Shown in pieces: positions 25,201-37,689 of a stretch of 64,000 nt of DNA. Origin of the DNA: Paragordius varius (lineage: Eukaryota; Animalia; Nematomorpha); assembly GCA_964247055.1 (NCBI GenBank), contig OZ176050.1:13888001-13952000 (forward strand), in the 5' to 3' direction. Position 1 is the first letter of the stretch, and every line of letters begins with the position of its first letter. The position numbers and the translations under genes were made by a program. The notes below the pieces were generated by a model. It searched no databases. It was not told the origin of the DNA and worked only from the letters and a program-made list of their open reading frames with translations.

Positions 25201-28200
25201 TCAAGTGAATTTAAATTAGTAAATGTAACACTTCTAATCTATTTTGATCCACGAGATCAACCATTTCAAACATAGACATTATATCGAAAATTGTTAAGAT
25301 TATATAAGTAAATATGTTTGTAATATAAGCATTTTATTACTGTTAAAATGGAAATATTTTTTATAAAGAATAGTAGTGTATCGTGATTCTTAAATGTTGA
25401 AAAAAATATGCAAAAGTTTAGCTATCAATTTTATTTTTTGCACAGGGAGTAGATAATAATTTCATTTACTATGAATATTGTTAATGAATTTGTCCAAATT
25501 TAAATTTATCATTTTAATCTGACCCAATCATTTAGTAAATAAAAAAACCTAATTTCATTTCATCCGATTTGTAATGATTGTTGGTGTAACATTGTTGCAA
25601 TTTTTGAGTTAATAAGTTACGGTCTTCGTCGGAAGGCTTTACATCATCATTTGATTTTGATTTATAATTTAAATTCAATGCTTTTTCTCCGCGGTCACAG
25701 CCTTTGGCATGCGTTATGTTGATATGGGATTCGAAACCAATCGTCGTAATAAAATTGGCAGTTCCCTAAAATAAGTAATTTTTATATTCATAAAAATGAT
25801 GGTTTAAATTTTAAAATTATTTGAAAAAAATAAAAGTAAGAAGAAACGAATAATCATATTAACCGAAAATTTTGGTTATAACTTAAAAAAAACATTCCAA
25901 TTTATTGACAAAAATAGTGATAATCTTATCGATTTAGAAATCATTTTCAACAATATATTGAAAGAAATTTAATACATTTATACAACAAAAATATTGTCAT
26001 TATAATTATAAAATGGCAGATACACGCATGATGTAACAAATTAACACAAAAACTAATTATAAACTTAAGAACCAAAAATTTTACAAGCTAGAATTTATAT
26101 TTTGATAAATATAGTGTATCGTAGAAAGTTTTTAATTTATTGAGTATTCATATTAGCACAGAGTATATGGTTCCCCTTATAACTGACTTAAAAAAGAAAT
26201 GTTCATCAATTGATATATAATTTACAATAATGCTTTAAAGCTTTAATCAATGTAAACTAATATTTGCAATTTTCCATTAATAATTAAAATATTAATAGCA
26301 TAAACATAAAATTTGATAGGTTACATAAACCTTTCATATGTTTTAACATTTCAGACATTTGGATTATTTATTAACTAGTAAAGCCGTGTGATATCTAAAA
26401 AAGTGTGGTCTACCCGGATAACTCAAAACTAATTAGATGTTTATACTTATGAACATATTATATTTTTGCGGTATAGACCATAAATTTACATACTATATCA
26501 TATTATAAATATAACTATTTGCCTGCCATGAGGTTTCAATTCAAACAAAAATATACAATTTTAATTTGGTAAAAGTAACATAAAGTATAAGGTACAAAAA
26601 ATGATTATACATTGCATGAAAATGCAGTGAATGTACTTTTGAAAAAAAGTTAGAAATATTGATAAATCATGAAAGCCGACAAAAGACTCTGCTTTTCTTT
26701 ATTGCACATAGAAATTATATTATCATTACTGGTAAATATAAAAGTTATCTATAATTTTGTTGTAAAATAAAAAAAAAATTCCAAATTCCCCAAAGAGTAG
26801 ACAATGATGGTCTTAACTTTTTTTAAGGTTTTTAAACTAAATCCATAAAAATGAAGAATAATAAAAATGAATAATGATTATTGAACAACACAATAAAAAA
26901 TGCATAAATATATACTATGATTACAGTAACGTATGGTAGAAATCAACAAATAGTTAAAATTAAACAATTTTTTTCGTATATAACATTAATTTTGCCTATG
27001 CTATGGACATACTTTGTTTTAAACCATACGCTACTGTAAATGTCAAATGACAACATGTGAAATATATTTTAAAAGGCTTGACACATATTACACAAAATAT
27101 TATTCATATTTTCATCTTCTGTTAATAATCGAAAAAAATATAATTGTAATCCGATTATTAAGGTATAATAAATATCGAATAATTTTTAACATAAAATAAT
27201 TTGCAGTTAATTTTATTTCCTTGGAAATCAAAAATTAAAATAAACGCTTAAAATAATCAATACTGCCATATTTGTATTCGTGGTGGACGTAAAACCAATC
27301 AATAAATAACCTTCAGCTGTTAAAAATGGTGGTGTTATAGATAAAAGAAATTTATTCAAAATCAAAAATTTTTACAAAATTAATTAAAAAATATAATTAT
27401 GTAATGTAATTTATCCAAGAGACATCTGAATGACTTAAATATATTAAAAGGCAGGCAAAAACAATTTTGTTAACAAAAAAAATTAATTTTCTCCTTATAC
27501 ACATTATACAAAGTATATATATGATGGGTTTTCATATTACATATATATAATTTGTCCATGTAATATATGACAGATAATTATTATATATATATATATATAT
27601 ATATGATAACAAGTGTTTTTCTTTCGCGTGCGTTAAAAACGATAAAAAATATTTACAATGGTGAAAAAAAGATATATAATTATATATACTTTTTTCATCT
27701 CGAAATTCAGTATATATAATTATCATTTTTTATAATTTTAGGTACTTTTACTAATTAATATTATTAATGTACTTAGAGTGGTATATAGTGTACCTACTTA
27801 TGTGGTTATTCCCAAATAAACATAAAAATTGCATAATTATAAAACCATGATATTGTTCCGTTATACTACACTGTTTAAGAAAATAATTATATCAAAACCT
27901 AACGAAATTATAAACCTTTTTGTCAATATTCTTTATTTGTCATGAAAATAAAAATGCAATTAAATCCAACTCATAAGCCGAAACCATCAAAACAAGTCTT
28001 TAGGAAACCTCTAAAATTAGAATTTTTTTACCTGTTGACATTGATTTAGGGTTTGGGGACAGAGTTTGAGTTTAATATGAGGAGCAATTCGCATGACATT
28101 ATTTATAGGGGTATATAATTTATGTGCATCATAATTTCTCCAACCGTTTTGACAGACTGAACGGTCATCAGACGATTCTTTAGCCATGTTATCACGTGAC

Positions 28201-28958
28201 ATATTGATAATATTGTCGTCTGACTGTTTGTGGACCCTTACATGAACAAATGCTGGTTTAGATTTTCGACCTCCACAATCATAAGCAACGACTGGAAGAA
28301 GTATGGTATTATTATTGTATTTGTTAATGATTTGAGATTCATTAAGAGGCGATACGTTGGTTATAATGCCATCATTTGAGATTGCAAAAGGGAGAATATT
28401 TAAAGATTCGGAATTGTCGGAAATTATGCGGTAAGAACAAATGGAATTATAATCAAATGAGCAATCTTTATCAAATGCTTTGAGCTGAATAATACTTTGG
28501 TAATTGATTCCCTCCGTAATATCTATGTAATAATGTCTCTGCTCAAAATATGGATCATATTCGTTCACATCCAAAACTTGGATTTTTAAAGGGATATTTG
28601 GAGATTCTATATTTTCTGCATTGAAGCGCTCCAAGTCACATGGTATTGCTTTTAAATATAAATGGTACAAAGACACTTTCTGACAATTTAATTTTTGAGT
28701 AGCTAATATAGATGCATAACCATTTTCTTTGTTTTTAACATAGATTATAAATGGAATATTTGATACGGAATCAGAGGATAGATTATAGTTGCAAATTGCT
28801 AACCCAGGCTTTGGCAATATTTTTATGGGTGGAGTCACATAAACGGTATATTCATTTTCTTTAATAACTCCATGAAATCCATCATCAGTGTTGAAATCGA
28901 TTCGTAAACAATTTAAGGGTAAAAATATTATAAAATTTAAAACAAAAATAAAAACCAT
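16283..28958 (-). CDS. CLSTN: Calsyntenin (two cadherin repeats, LNS/LamG domain, TM, W-acidic motifs), ~1830 aa
   Basis: Exons 28958-28032, 25765-25621 (donor uncertain), 24395-24227, 23345-22903, 22378-22059, 21333-20720, 20158-17844, 17452-17303, 16698-16283, all phase-consistent. Hallmarks: DVNEYDPYF, AFDKDCS..YNSICSY, AYDCG, AKGCDR, FWMRH...KEHIFCRSD...RHHLALF, WKLDQVCDNEWHHYVINV, VVGACW, PIPGKRSI, TM ILILVVLIVALFV, WWDDS...VNPM, terminal LEWDSSA. Confidence 0.95.
16827..17107. mobile_element. TATA|CCATTT MITE family with 21-bp subterminal repeats; other copies 20180-20538, ~24450-24733, 24986-25228, 34968-35218, 51707-51896, 54389-54745, 55975-56236, 61813-62109
   Basis: TIRs TATACCATTTACA(A/G)TTCAAATTCACCC followed by 1-4 copies of TTGAACAATTCAAATTCACCC, with a conserved AT-rich core. 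The copy at 54389 is nested inside a Tc1-like MITE. Confidence 0.9.
26924..27036. mobile_element. Small TA-flanked Tc1-like MITE in calsyntenin intron 1
   Basis: TA|CAGTAACGTATGG ... CCATACGCTACTG|TA; a matching right end also occurs at ~42791-42806. Confidence 0.6.
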
Positions 28959-29325
28959 TTCATTTTATGTGAATGTGCATCTGTTAAATAACATATGATA
29001 TTCAATATATTTTTTATTCTGTGGATAACGTTGGTTGAAGGGATAGGTCTTTACGTCTATAATAGATATATTTAGTTACTATTTATATACCTATTTTATA
29101 AATTAATAACCGTATATAAAGAAAATTATAAGTAAAAGCTCTATTATATAATACTTATTTAGATACTGGAAAGGAAATATTAAGTCGATGCCGACGATTT
29201 CCTATAAATAGTTTTTTGGTGAAATTAAATTGCATTATATATCGGATAGAATAATATATAATTAAATACAATCGAAAATTTATCACAAAATGATGGTTGT
29301 TATGAACAAAGCATATTGGCTTGAC

Positions 29326-29871
29326 TAGGGTTGTGCGTTTGACTGCTTTTTCAAAAAAATCCGGTCAGACCATGGTCATGGTCATGACCAAGGTCATGAC
29401 CACTTTATCTAAGTAAATACCACGAGATTATGAATTACTTCTGAATTTTCAAATTTTCGCTTTTAATCCTGGATATTTCAAATAAAATTTTTCCTGTTTC
29501 TTTTACACTTTCTTTGATCATTGAAATATCCAATTATAAAATGTTTTTCATTTTATTAGTTCACATATATAAAATAATTGAATATTTTATAAAAAGTTGG
29601 ATTGTTTTCTTTTTCGAAACAACTGGATATGCTTAAATGCTAATGTTTTAAGGATGTATGTTTAACATATTAAATTTTTAAATAAACAAATTTAAATATT
29701 TATATATTTTTTTTATAATATATTAAAAAATAACTTACTATTTTTCTTCCAAAAATTACCAGCAATTTTTCAAAAAACAGCTGAAATGACCATGGTCAAA
29801 AAATAAATAGTCACTGACCTGGTCATGACCCGGTCAATTGACCGGGTTATGACTTGGTCAGCACAACCCTA
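29326..29871. mobile_element. hAT-type MITE (546 bp) with 8-bp TSD, ~370 bp upstream of the calsyntenin ATG
   Basis: TIR TAGGGTTGTGC / GCACAACCCTA; perfect TSD GGCTTGAC at 29318-29325 and 29872-29879; subterminal GGTCA/TGACC repeats at both ends. Confidence 0.9.
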
Positions 29872-30629
29872 GGCTTGACAAAAATACATATAGTTTTTCA
29901 TATTTAAACTCAATTATCTTTTGAGAATGTTATATATTCCAAAGCGATTTAAAATATATATATCTTGAAAGAAAATTAAAGGGCAAATTTAAAGATATGT
30001 TTCTTCTTGGCGTATTATACAAAATGTATAAAATTCCATAAAAACTTTTTGCAGCCACTTTATTCTATAAATTTTAATCCGTAATACAACATGCATATAA
30101 ATGTATAACTTGGTTAAAAATGTAAATAATTATTCTAAAAAGCTTTTACTAGATTTACCAAATACTTGATAAATATTAATTTTGATATCAACTGTTTGTT
30201 TCTATATTGTTTGAAAGCTGTCCCAATTTTAGATTTTAGATCGAAACTGTAAAATTGGCTTTTATTTAATACATAAGAACAATGTTAAATAATTAAGTTT
30301 TAACTTAAATTACTTCAAAAACGGTAGTTTATAAAAATGAGCTCTGGAATATAAAACTTACCCGAAAATGTCAACTAAATCAACAATTAAGGTCATTGAG
30401 TGTTAAAAATCAATAAATTAGTGTTACATGCAAATTTTAAATATATATTTTGTTTGTATATTAAAATTTTCTGTGTTTTGAATTGTCTTATTTTTATATT
30501 TTTTGTACTATGTAAATATCATATCCTTTGTTACTCGAATTTATTGTTATCATGCAAATTATGTTCACTTAAAAATCGTATATATAAAGCACAAAAAACC
30601 GAATAAATATCATTTCAAGTTTTACGTCT

Positions 30630-31150
30630 TCTACCCTCGTTACCTTCTAACATCTGGTGGCCATTCGAAATCCGAACTAATCGAACAACTAATCTAACAT
30701 AACAGTGGCTCCCACAGAGTTCCAAACACATTCGCGCAAGGTATGGGAGTATTCATGGGCCAAGCAATGTCCCGCCTGGAACCGCAATTGCAAATGCGGA
30801 AAACCCAACCATAGTGTAGCTCAAAAAACACTGCCAAAAATATTTCAACCGCCAAATTCATAGAAAAGCAATGCCAATATGAATCTATAGCGACTCTATA
30901 ATCACCATCAACAAATGGCTGCGGTGGACTCCCATATCATTCAACATTTGATGGTTGGGTAAGTAAGATTGGCGCGGACAAGCTTTTAATAAGATTGATC
31001 TGTAAGACGCCTAGGCCGATGGCTAAAGAGTCGATCCACCCTCTACGATCGCAACGCAAAGTGGATGCTTCTGTTATAAAAGGATACCGTTCAGATTCCC
31101 CACTGCACCGATAATCAGTGCGACTGGGCCAGTTTAACAAGAAATGGTCC
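30630..31150 (+). pseudogene. Degenerate Ty3/gypsy-like gag (zinc-knuckle) relic
   Basis: GC-richer island. With one frameshift, 30733-30812 reads (C>R)AR(C>Y)GSIHGPKQCPAWNRNCKCGKPNH, matching the CxxC...H...CPA..xxC..CGKxNH gag knuckle pattern. Multiple stops; no LTR seen. Confidence 0.55.
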
Positions 31151-31329
31151 CGGATAGCGCGAGGCATAGATCAAATGATTCGTCGACACACACAACAAAT
31201 GATGTTATCCTTTCTATGATGTACGCTATTTGAAAAAAGGGATCAACAAAATTGTGATCCATATGTGTGGATTATTTCTAAACATTTTTTAATAGTTATG
31301 ATCTCATAGGATTATCAGAACGGTTTCAT

Positions 31330-33450
31330 AGATTTGTGCATTCATACTCATATATTGTTTACTGGTGGAAGGCCCCAAATTGAAGGCTAACCTTACAAAC
31401 CGCTTACTATAATTTTTACCTATATATGGGTATTATTTAAAGCCTTATTGAATTCTTCAAAACCACGTTATTTTTGTATGGCGTCTCATTTTAAACCGGT
31501 AGATCCCTACCCATAGACCTAGATAAAAAAAGCGCTGAGTTAAATTTTTTGCCTTTATAGGGCAAATATTTGGAACATCTTTGATACCATCGTCTCATGT
31601 GTTATTCGAAAAAATACGTCAACAGTATATAATCGTTATATAATGGCGTATTTTTAGGGCATAAAAGCCCCAAATTAACGGCTAATAAAAAACGCCCTAT
31701 ATTCTTACCTAGTTGCGGGTATTATTTCAAGCTTTTAATGAGCTCAAATGTCTTTATAAATATTTTGCAAATAGCTCTATTAAAACAACAAAATTTCTAT
31801 ATAATGGCGCATTGGCTGGTAGTTTTTTAGCTAGTAAGTGAAAATCGTTGGGCAAAATTTTTGCCTTTTATGAGGAATATCTGGAATCATTATCGATTCC
31901 ATAAGTTTCTATAAGTTATTGGAAATATTGCTTCAAAAATAACAAATTGTTCTATGGAGCATTTTTCAGGGCGTAAAACCTTACTTAGGGGCTTATTAAA
32001 ATAATCCTCTATGCTAAAATATTTGTTTTTTTAGGCCCTTATTGAACTTACATAGTCTCATAGGTTTCCTAAATTTGCCTCCAAAAGCATGCTGTATCGA
32101 TATGGTGACGCAGTTTTACGCGGGTAGCCCCCTAACCAGGGGCGAAACAAAAAAAACGCTAGATTAAAATATTGCCTTATTGGTAATACCTGGAATCATG
32201 ATTGATTCCATATGCTCTCGTGAGATTTTCGAAAATTGCCTTAAAACGAAAAGGTCATTCCATGGTGGCGCATTTTTCAAAGCAAGGGCCTAATTAAGGG
32301 GTAATTTAATAAAACAAATTTTTGCCTTTTTACGGGTAATATTTCGAGCCCTTGAACTCATATGGCCTGATGAGTTTTCTAAAATTTGCCTCCAAAGTCA
32401 CGCTGTATCGATATGGTGGCGCAGTTGTAGACGGGTAGCCTCCTACCCAGAGGCCAATATAAAAAAGACGTTCGATAAAATTTTTCGGCTTTATAGGGTA
32501 TTAACTGGAATCATCATTCCTTCCATATGTTCTTAATAGTTTTTGGAAGAATGGCTTCAAAACAAAATAATAGTTCAATGATAGCATTTTTTAGGGCGTT
32601 AAGGGCCTAATTAACGGCTAATTTAAAAAAAACCGCTCGACTTAAAATTTTGCCTTTTTACGGGTAATATTTTTTCTCTTAAACTTATATTGGCTGATAA
32701 ATTTTCTGGAAGTTAACTGCAAAATAACGGATTTCATAGTGGTGGACGCAGTTTGCGGGTAGCTCCCTAACCAGATGCTAATAAAAAAATCGCTTGATTA
32801 TTTATTTTGCCTTACGGAGAATACATGGAATCATGAATGATTCCATATCTCATTAGTTTTTGAAAAAAATTGCCTCAAAACTTGGAAATCCATCTATGGT
32901 GGCGCATTTTTCAGGGCGTGAAGGGCCTCATTAAAGGCAAAATTTAAAAAACCGCGCTACTTAAGTTTTTGCCTTGTTACGGGTAATATTTTAAGCATCT
33001 ATTGAATTTATATGGCCCTAATTTAGCCCCAAAGGCACGCTATTTCAAACGGGGCAGTTTTTAGCGGTTATCTGTTTAACAGCCCATATCTAAAAACGCA
33101 CGTCTAAATTTTTGCCTTTTCACAGGGAATACCTGGAATGGAATCCTCATTGAATTTTTACAGTCTCATAGCTTGGGCGAAAAATAGATTCAAAAAATTA
33201 TATTTGTGGACTTTGTTTTTTTGAATAAATGGCATATTACGGGGGGAGCGGGTAAAAAAAGAGGATCTAAATCGAAAAAAAAGCGAACCGACCGTGTTCG
33301 GCGCAATTGAAAAAAGTAGAAAAATATCATATTTGAAATCGAATGGTCCAACACATTTTCCGGAAAATTGTCTCAAAGACTCAATTTTTGTGGACTTAAA
33401 CCCGTTTTTTACGCGGGGTGCCCCCGAACTGGAAACCAAAAAAGGGTGAA
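31330..33450. repeat. Diverged tandem array, ~6 units of ~310-325 bp, each made of two related halves
   Basis: GCGGGTAG-like motif recurs at ~31495, 31815, 32119, 32431, 32756 and 33063; AAATTTTTGCCTTTT and GGTGGCGCA motifs recur about twice per unit. Confidence 0.8.
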
Positions 33451-34079
33451 GCTATTGTGGGGGCATTCGGATTTGAATGAGTACCGGTTTTACAGATCAC
33501 AAAGCCAGCATTTTTCATTTATATATAAAACATAGGTTATTTTTTTTATTTTTATACATTTTTAGAAATATCAAAAAGTAGGGGTATTGAGTTGCCTTAT
33601 TATATAAAAATTTAATTATTTTTATTTGATACACGGATGACATTTATTAAGAATGTGTTATTTGTTTTGATATTTTTACAAAAAAAAATTTAAACACAAA
33701 ATAGATTATTAAAACATTTAAAATATATGCCATTATCTAAAGGAGTTAAATTTTAGCACAAAATTTTATCACTTATTGTTAGGCACAAATTCTTGAACAA
33801 GAGTCCCCAAATGGGGGCGCATAAAAATCTAGGGAAAAGGAGCGAAAGACCTTATATTTATGTTAATAAAAATAATGTTTGTTATTATTTGATAACTGGT
33901 ATTTTTTATAACTTTTCAGGATTGTAATATGATTCAACTATTATAAAGATCACTTTGCTAATCTTTCGAGAAATCTATATATTTATAAAAATGGAAAATT
34001 CTGGCTTTGTGATCTGGTACAGGAAAACCGGTAGACCCAATCAAATCCAAATATCGAAAAAATATAATCATTAATAAAT

Positions 34080-34910
34080 GTCCCGACAATAGCTTCGCCT
34101 TTTTTTGAAATAGGCCCCCAGTTCGGGCCCACCCCGTATGAAAAACGGGTTTTTTTTAAAAAACAGAAGTCCACAAAAATCGTGTCTTTGAGACAATTTT
34201 CCGGTAAACGTGTTGGACCATTCAATTTCAAATATGATTATTGTTTACTTATTTTCGATTGCGCCGAACATAGCCGAGCCACTTTTTTGATTTAGGCCCT
34301 CTATTTACCCGCTCCCCCCGTAAAATGCCACCTTTTTCAAAAAACAAAGTCCACAAAAATAATTTTTTAAATCGATTTTTCGCCCTAGGTATGAGACCGT
34401 AAAAATTCTATATGGATTCCACGTATTCCCTGTTAAAAGGCAAAATTTTTAGTCTACCGTTTATTTCCCTTTTTTGGAATTAGGTCCCCAGTTTGGGCCC
34501 ACCCCGTGTGAAAAATAGGTTAAAGAACGTGTTGGACCATTCAATTTCAAATATGATTTTTGTTTACTTATTTTTGATCGCGCTGAACATAGTCGACTCA
34601 CTTTTTTGATTTGGGCCCTCTTTTTACCCGCTACCCCCGTAAAATGCCATTTTTTTCAAAAAAAAACAAAGTCCACAAAAATATTTTTTTGATTGTATTT
34701 TTTTGCCCATGGTATGAGACTGTAAAAATTCGAGAAAGATTTTTCGTATTGCCTGTTAAAAGGCAAAAATTTTAGTCAAGCGTTTCCTTGATGATAGATG
34801 CTGAGTAAGGAGTATCTATCATATGTATAGCATTCGAACCCCCCCCCCCCCCCCCCCCAGAAGTCCGAAGGACTTCCTCGGGCTGCGTAGCAGCACGAGA
34901 TTCACGCTAG
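34080..34910 (+). mobile_element. Helitron-like 3' end with inverted copies of the adjacent array unit
   Basis: Hairpin CTCGGGCTGC-GTA-GCAGCACGAG (34877-34899), then 7 nt, then CTAG (34907-34910) followed by T. 34080-34450 is a reverse complement of 33105-33450; a second partial copy lies at 34460-34790. 5' TC end not identified. Confidence 0.6.
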
Positions 34911-35619
34911 TTTTATATAAAAGCAAACTGTTTCCAACATTATTTCAAATTGGCTTATGTATTTTGATATACCATTTACAATCAAATTAACCCCAAACAA
35001 TTCAAATTTACCCTAAAATAAATTATGTGTTTTTAAAAATTACCTATATTTTTTATTTTAAAAATGATATTTTGTTTAAAATTAATATAATACTGAAAAA
35101 ATAATATATGCCATAAGAATATATTTTAAATTAATGATGTGTTATATTAGCCCGAAAACACATAATTTGTTTTTGAGTGAATTTGAATTGTTCAAGGGTT
35201 TGTATTGTAAATGGCATATCTTTTAGATCAATGAATTTATGTGAAGGCTCAGACTTGGTTTAATTAAATAATAAAACTAGAAACAAATTGAAAGGAGATC
35301 TCCGAAATTAACAAGATCAAAATTGGAGTAAATACTTCAACAATTTAATACAAGGATTTCATTGATTAATGATTTCAAATATTATATTTTTTGTGCTTGT
35401 CTCTAAGGGGGGGGGGGGGGGGGGGGAGCAGTAAATTTTTTAATTTTGGTTGGGTGTGAACAATAAATGGGTATTACTGTAGAAGTTTAAATAATATCGT
35501 AATGGTAGATGACGGATTGATTATGTTTTTGTAATAACAGTTGTTGAATCCGTAAGAGGATGATAAACGAAAAATAAATGGAAAATTAATTGAAAATTAT
35601 ATTTATAACCTGACATTAT

Positions 35620-36300
35620 AAATGATATGTGAAACCCTTTCGTCAATAGTAATCACAAACTAGTTTCGTGCATGTTAGCACTCATCAGTACGACACAACT
35701 ATTTGATTTGGGAAAAAGAGAGTATGCGATATTCGCGAATTAACTTTTGTCTTCTGTCCACCATTTTTATTTAAAAATCCAATCCGAAAATCATATCTTT
35801 AGAGAATTTTCCAGGAAATAAATTCAAATTTTATGAATATTTGTTCTATGACAACGCCGATGCTAATCGAACCATACATTGAAATTACCTCTTAGGAAGT
35901 TTTCTTTGATACAATTTAGCAGAGAACATATAAATTCATATATGTTTAAAACGTTTAAACAAATAATATAAGTAAACTTAGTCAAATGCCCATTTGGAAT
36001 AACGACCAGAATAAGTATATACAGTAAAAGCGTCCATATTAAAAGATGAGTTTTCACAAATTCTCCACGTCACTTATGGACCTGCGAAGGTTTGTGGGCG
36101 AATTAATGATTATCCTTGATTTTTTGGCACCAAATGCACCCCACGTCATTGGATACACGCGTGTAAATTTTATTGGTTTTGCTTTTATATGAGCTACTTG
36201 TCATGGAAAGATTTGACTTTTTGCATTTGGTTTCTGTTTACAGACCTACATTCCGTAAAAACGCTATTCTCGCACAAACTGTATTTTAGTTGTGCCAGGA
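35620..36300 (-). pseudogene. Degenerate Tc1-like transposase relic
   Basis: Minus-strand fragments PMTWGAFGAK (Tc1 VMVWGAF motif), WFD*HRRCHR...FLENSLK..DW and TKGFHISF lie in the order expected for the DDE domain; many stops and frameshifts. Confidence 0.45.
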
Positions 36301-36750
36301 TTCAATATTTTAAAGAAAATAGATTATTGGTATTATAATGGCGGCTATATAATTATATTAAAGAATAAAAAAACCAAGCGGAAGTACTGAAAAATATTTC
36401 TTATATCCAAATATTGAACAAACTATCAAATTGCCGCACTTAAATTTTCAGTAAGTTTAAGAAAATATATTATATAATCTACACATTGTGAAAGGGTATG
36501 ATTAGTATCAAATATATATTAAATTTTTTGACGGTTCCATATGCCAAATTTCTCTTAAAAAATTATAAAAGTAACACAAAATATTAGAAAAATTTATTAA
36601 TTGTTGTAGCAAATATATAAATAATCTTCAAATCCTTAATATATCATAAAAATAATCACATACTAATACACCAGGTAATAAAATAGTTTGCACTAAACTG
36701 GTCAGCACGCTTTTGGAACTTTGCTTTATATTATTTTGGCAAAAACTCAA

Positions 36751-37689
36751 TTAACAAAAGTGATTGGGATGCAAGTAAGAGTAAAAGCGGGAACCCTTCG
36801 TGCCATCCATTCGCCAAAGTGCAAAATAATGACCCAAGTCTTGACTTAAACTATCTCCATCTTTTGGTCGATTATATCGTTTTGTGTTTTCTCCTTCATT
36901 GCTCCTTTGATTTTCTGGCATAGTTTTGCCTTCTTCTGCTACCTCCTCCTGCTGTAAACTTTGATTAGAGTTTGAGTTGTCGCCATCATTGAAATCTAAT
37001 ATGGCGTACAGGAAATCAATGTACCTCGTAGCAAGTTTTAGCGTTTGAATCTTACTAAGTTTATCACTTGGTAAAGTTGGTATAATGTGACGCAAAGTAG
37101 CAAATGCTTGATTCAAAGAATGTGTCCTTTGTCGTTCCCTTACGTTTGCTAAAACCCTTTGATTTTGTAACTCTTCAAGGCTAGAGAAAGGGTAAATCAT
37201 TGATGAAGTATTTATGCTGAGGTTCTGATTGGTATGCCTGCTATTTATGTAATAGTTGGTGTCATAATTTACGGAATAATTTTCATAAGGGACAAAAGCC
37301 GTTTTTTCATAATAACTTGGCGTGTATTGATTAAAATGAATCGTATCTTCAGGACAATTTTTTAGTAGATGTTTGCTAGTATTGTAAGGTACTTGGTGGA
37401 TTTCATCTAAATTTTCACGATCGAGTGTTACTGAATCATTACTTATATTAGAAGGATGAAAAGAATTTTTTTGGGTTAATTCCCCATTATGTTTTATAAA
37501 ATTAAAGGTTTGAATGGGTTTATTACTAATACTTTCTGGGCTCAAAGAAGACGTTTCATCTTTATGAGGAATTGAGTTTTGGTTGACTGCTTTATCGTTC
37601 TGATTGGAATTCGATATCCTAGCTTTTTTATTCGGTTGTTTTTTGTGGGTTTTCACTTTTATTCTACCAAGTTTCTTTTCAATAGCCAT
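36751..37689 (-). CDS. twist: Twist bHLH transcription factor, single coding exon, 312 aa
   Basis: [52 protein letters not shown] plus the C-terminal WR motif [12 protein letters not shown]. Confidence 0.95.
   Translation of the reverse strand: MAIEKKLGRIKVKTHKKQPNKKARISNSNQNDKAVNQNSIPHKDETSSLSPESISNKPIQTFNFIKHNGELTQKNSFHPSNISNDSVTLDRENLDEIHQVPYNTSKHLLKNCPEDTIHFNQYTPSYYEKTAFVPYENYSVNYDTNYYINSRHTNQNLSINTSSMIYPFSSLEELQNQRVLANVRERQRTHSLNQAFATLRHIIPTLPSDKLSKIQTLKLATRYIDFLYAILDFNDGDNSNSNQSLQQEEVAEEGKTMPENQRSNEGENTKRYNRPKDGDSLSQDLGHYFALWRMDGTKGSRFYSYLHPNHFC

Noticed and set aside
25230-25345. Possible extra calsyntenin exon (MSMFEMVDLVDQNRLE)
   Set aside because: No usable acceptor AG between the upstream in-frame stops and the segment.
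30960-31110. Retroviral protease motif after the gag relic
   Set aside because: Only KIDL* resembles D(T/S)GA; too decayed to support.
33158-34231. ORFs 33158-33439 and 33983-34231
   Set aside because: Lie within the inverted repeat arms; no protein features.
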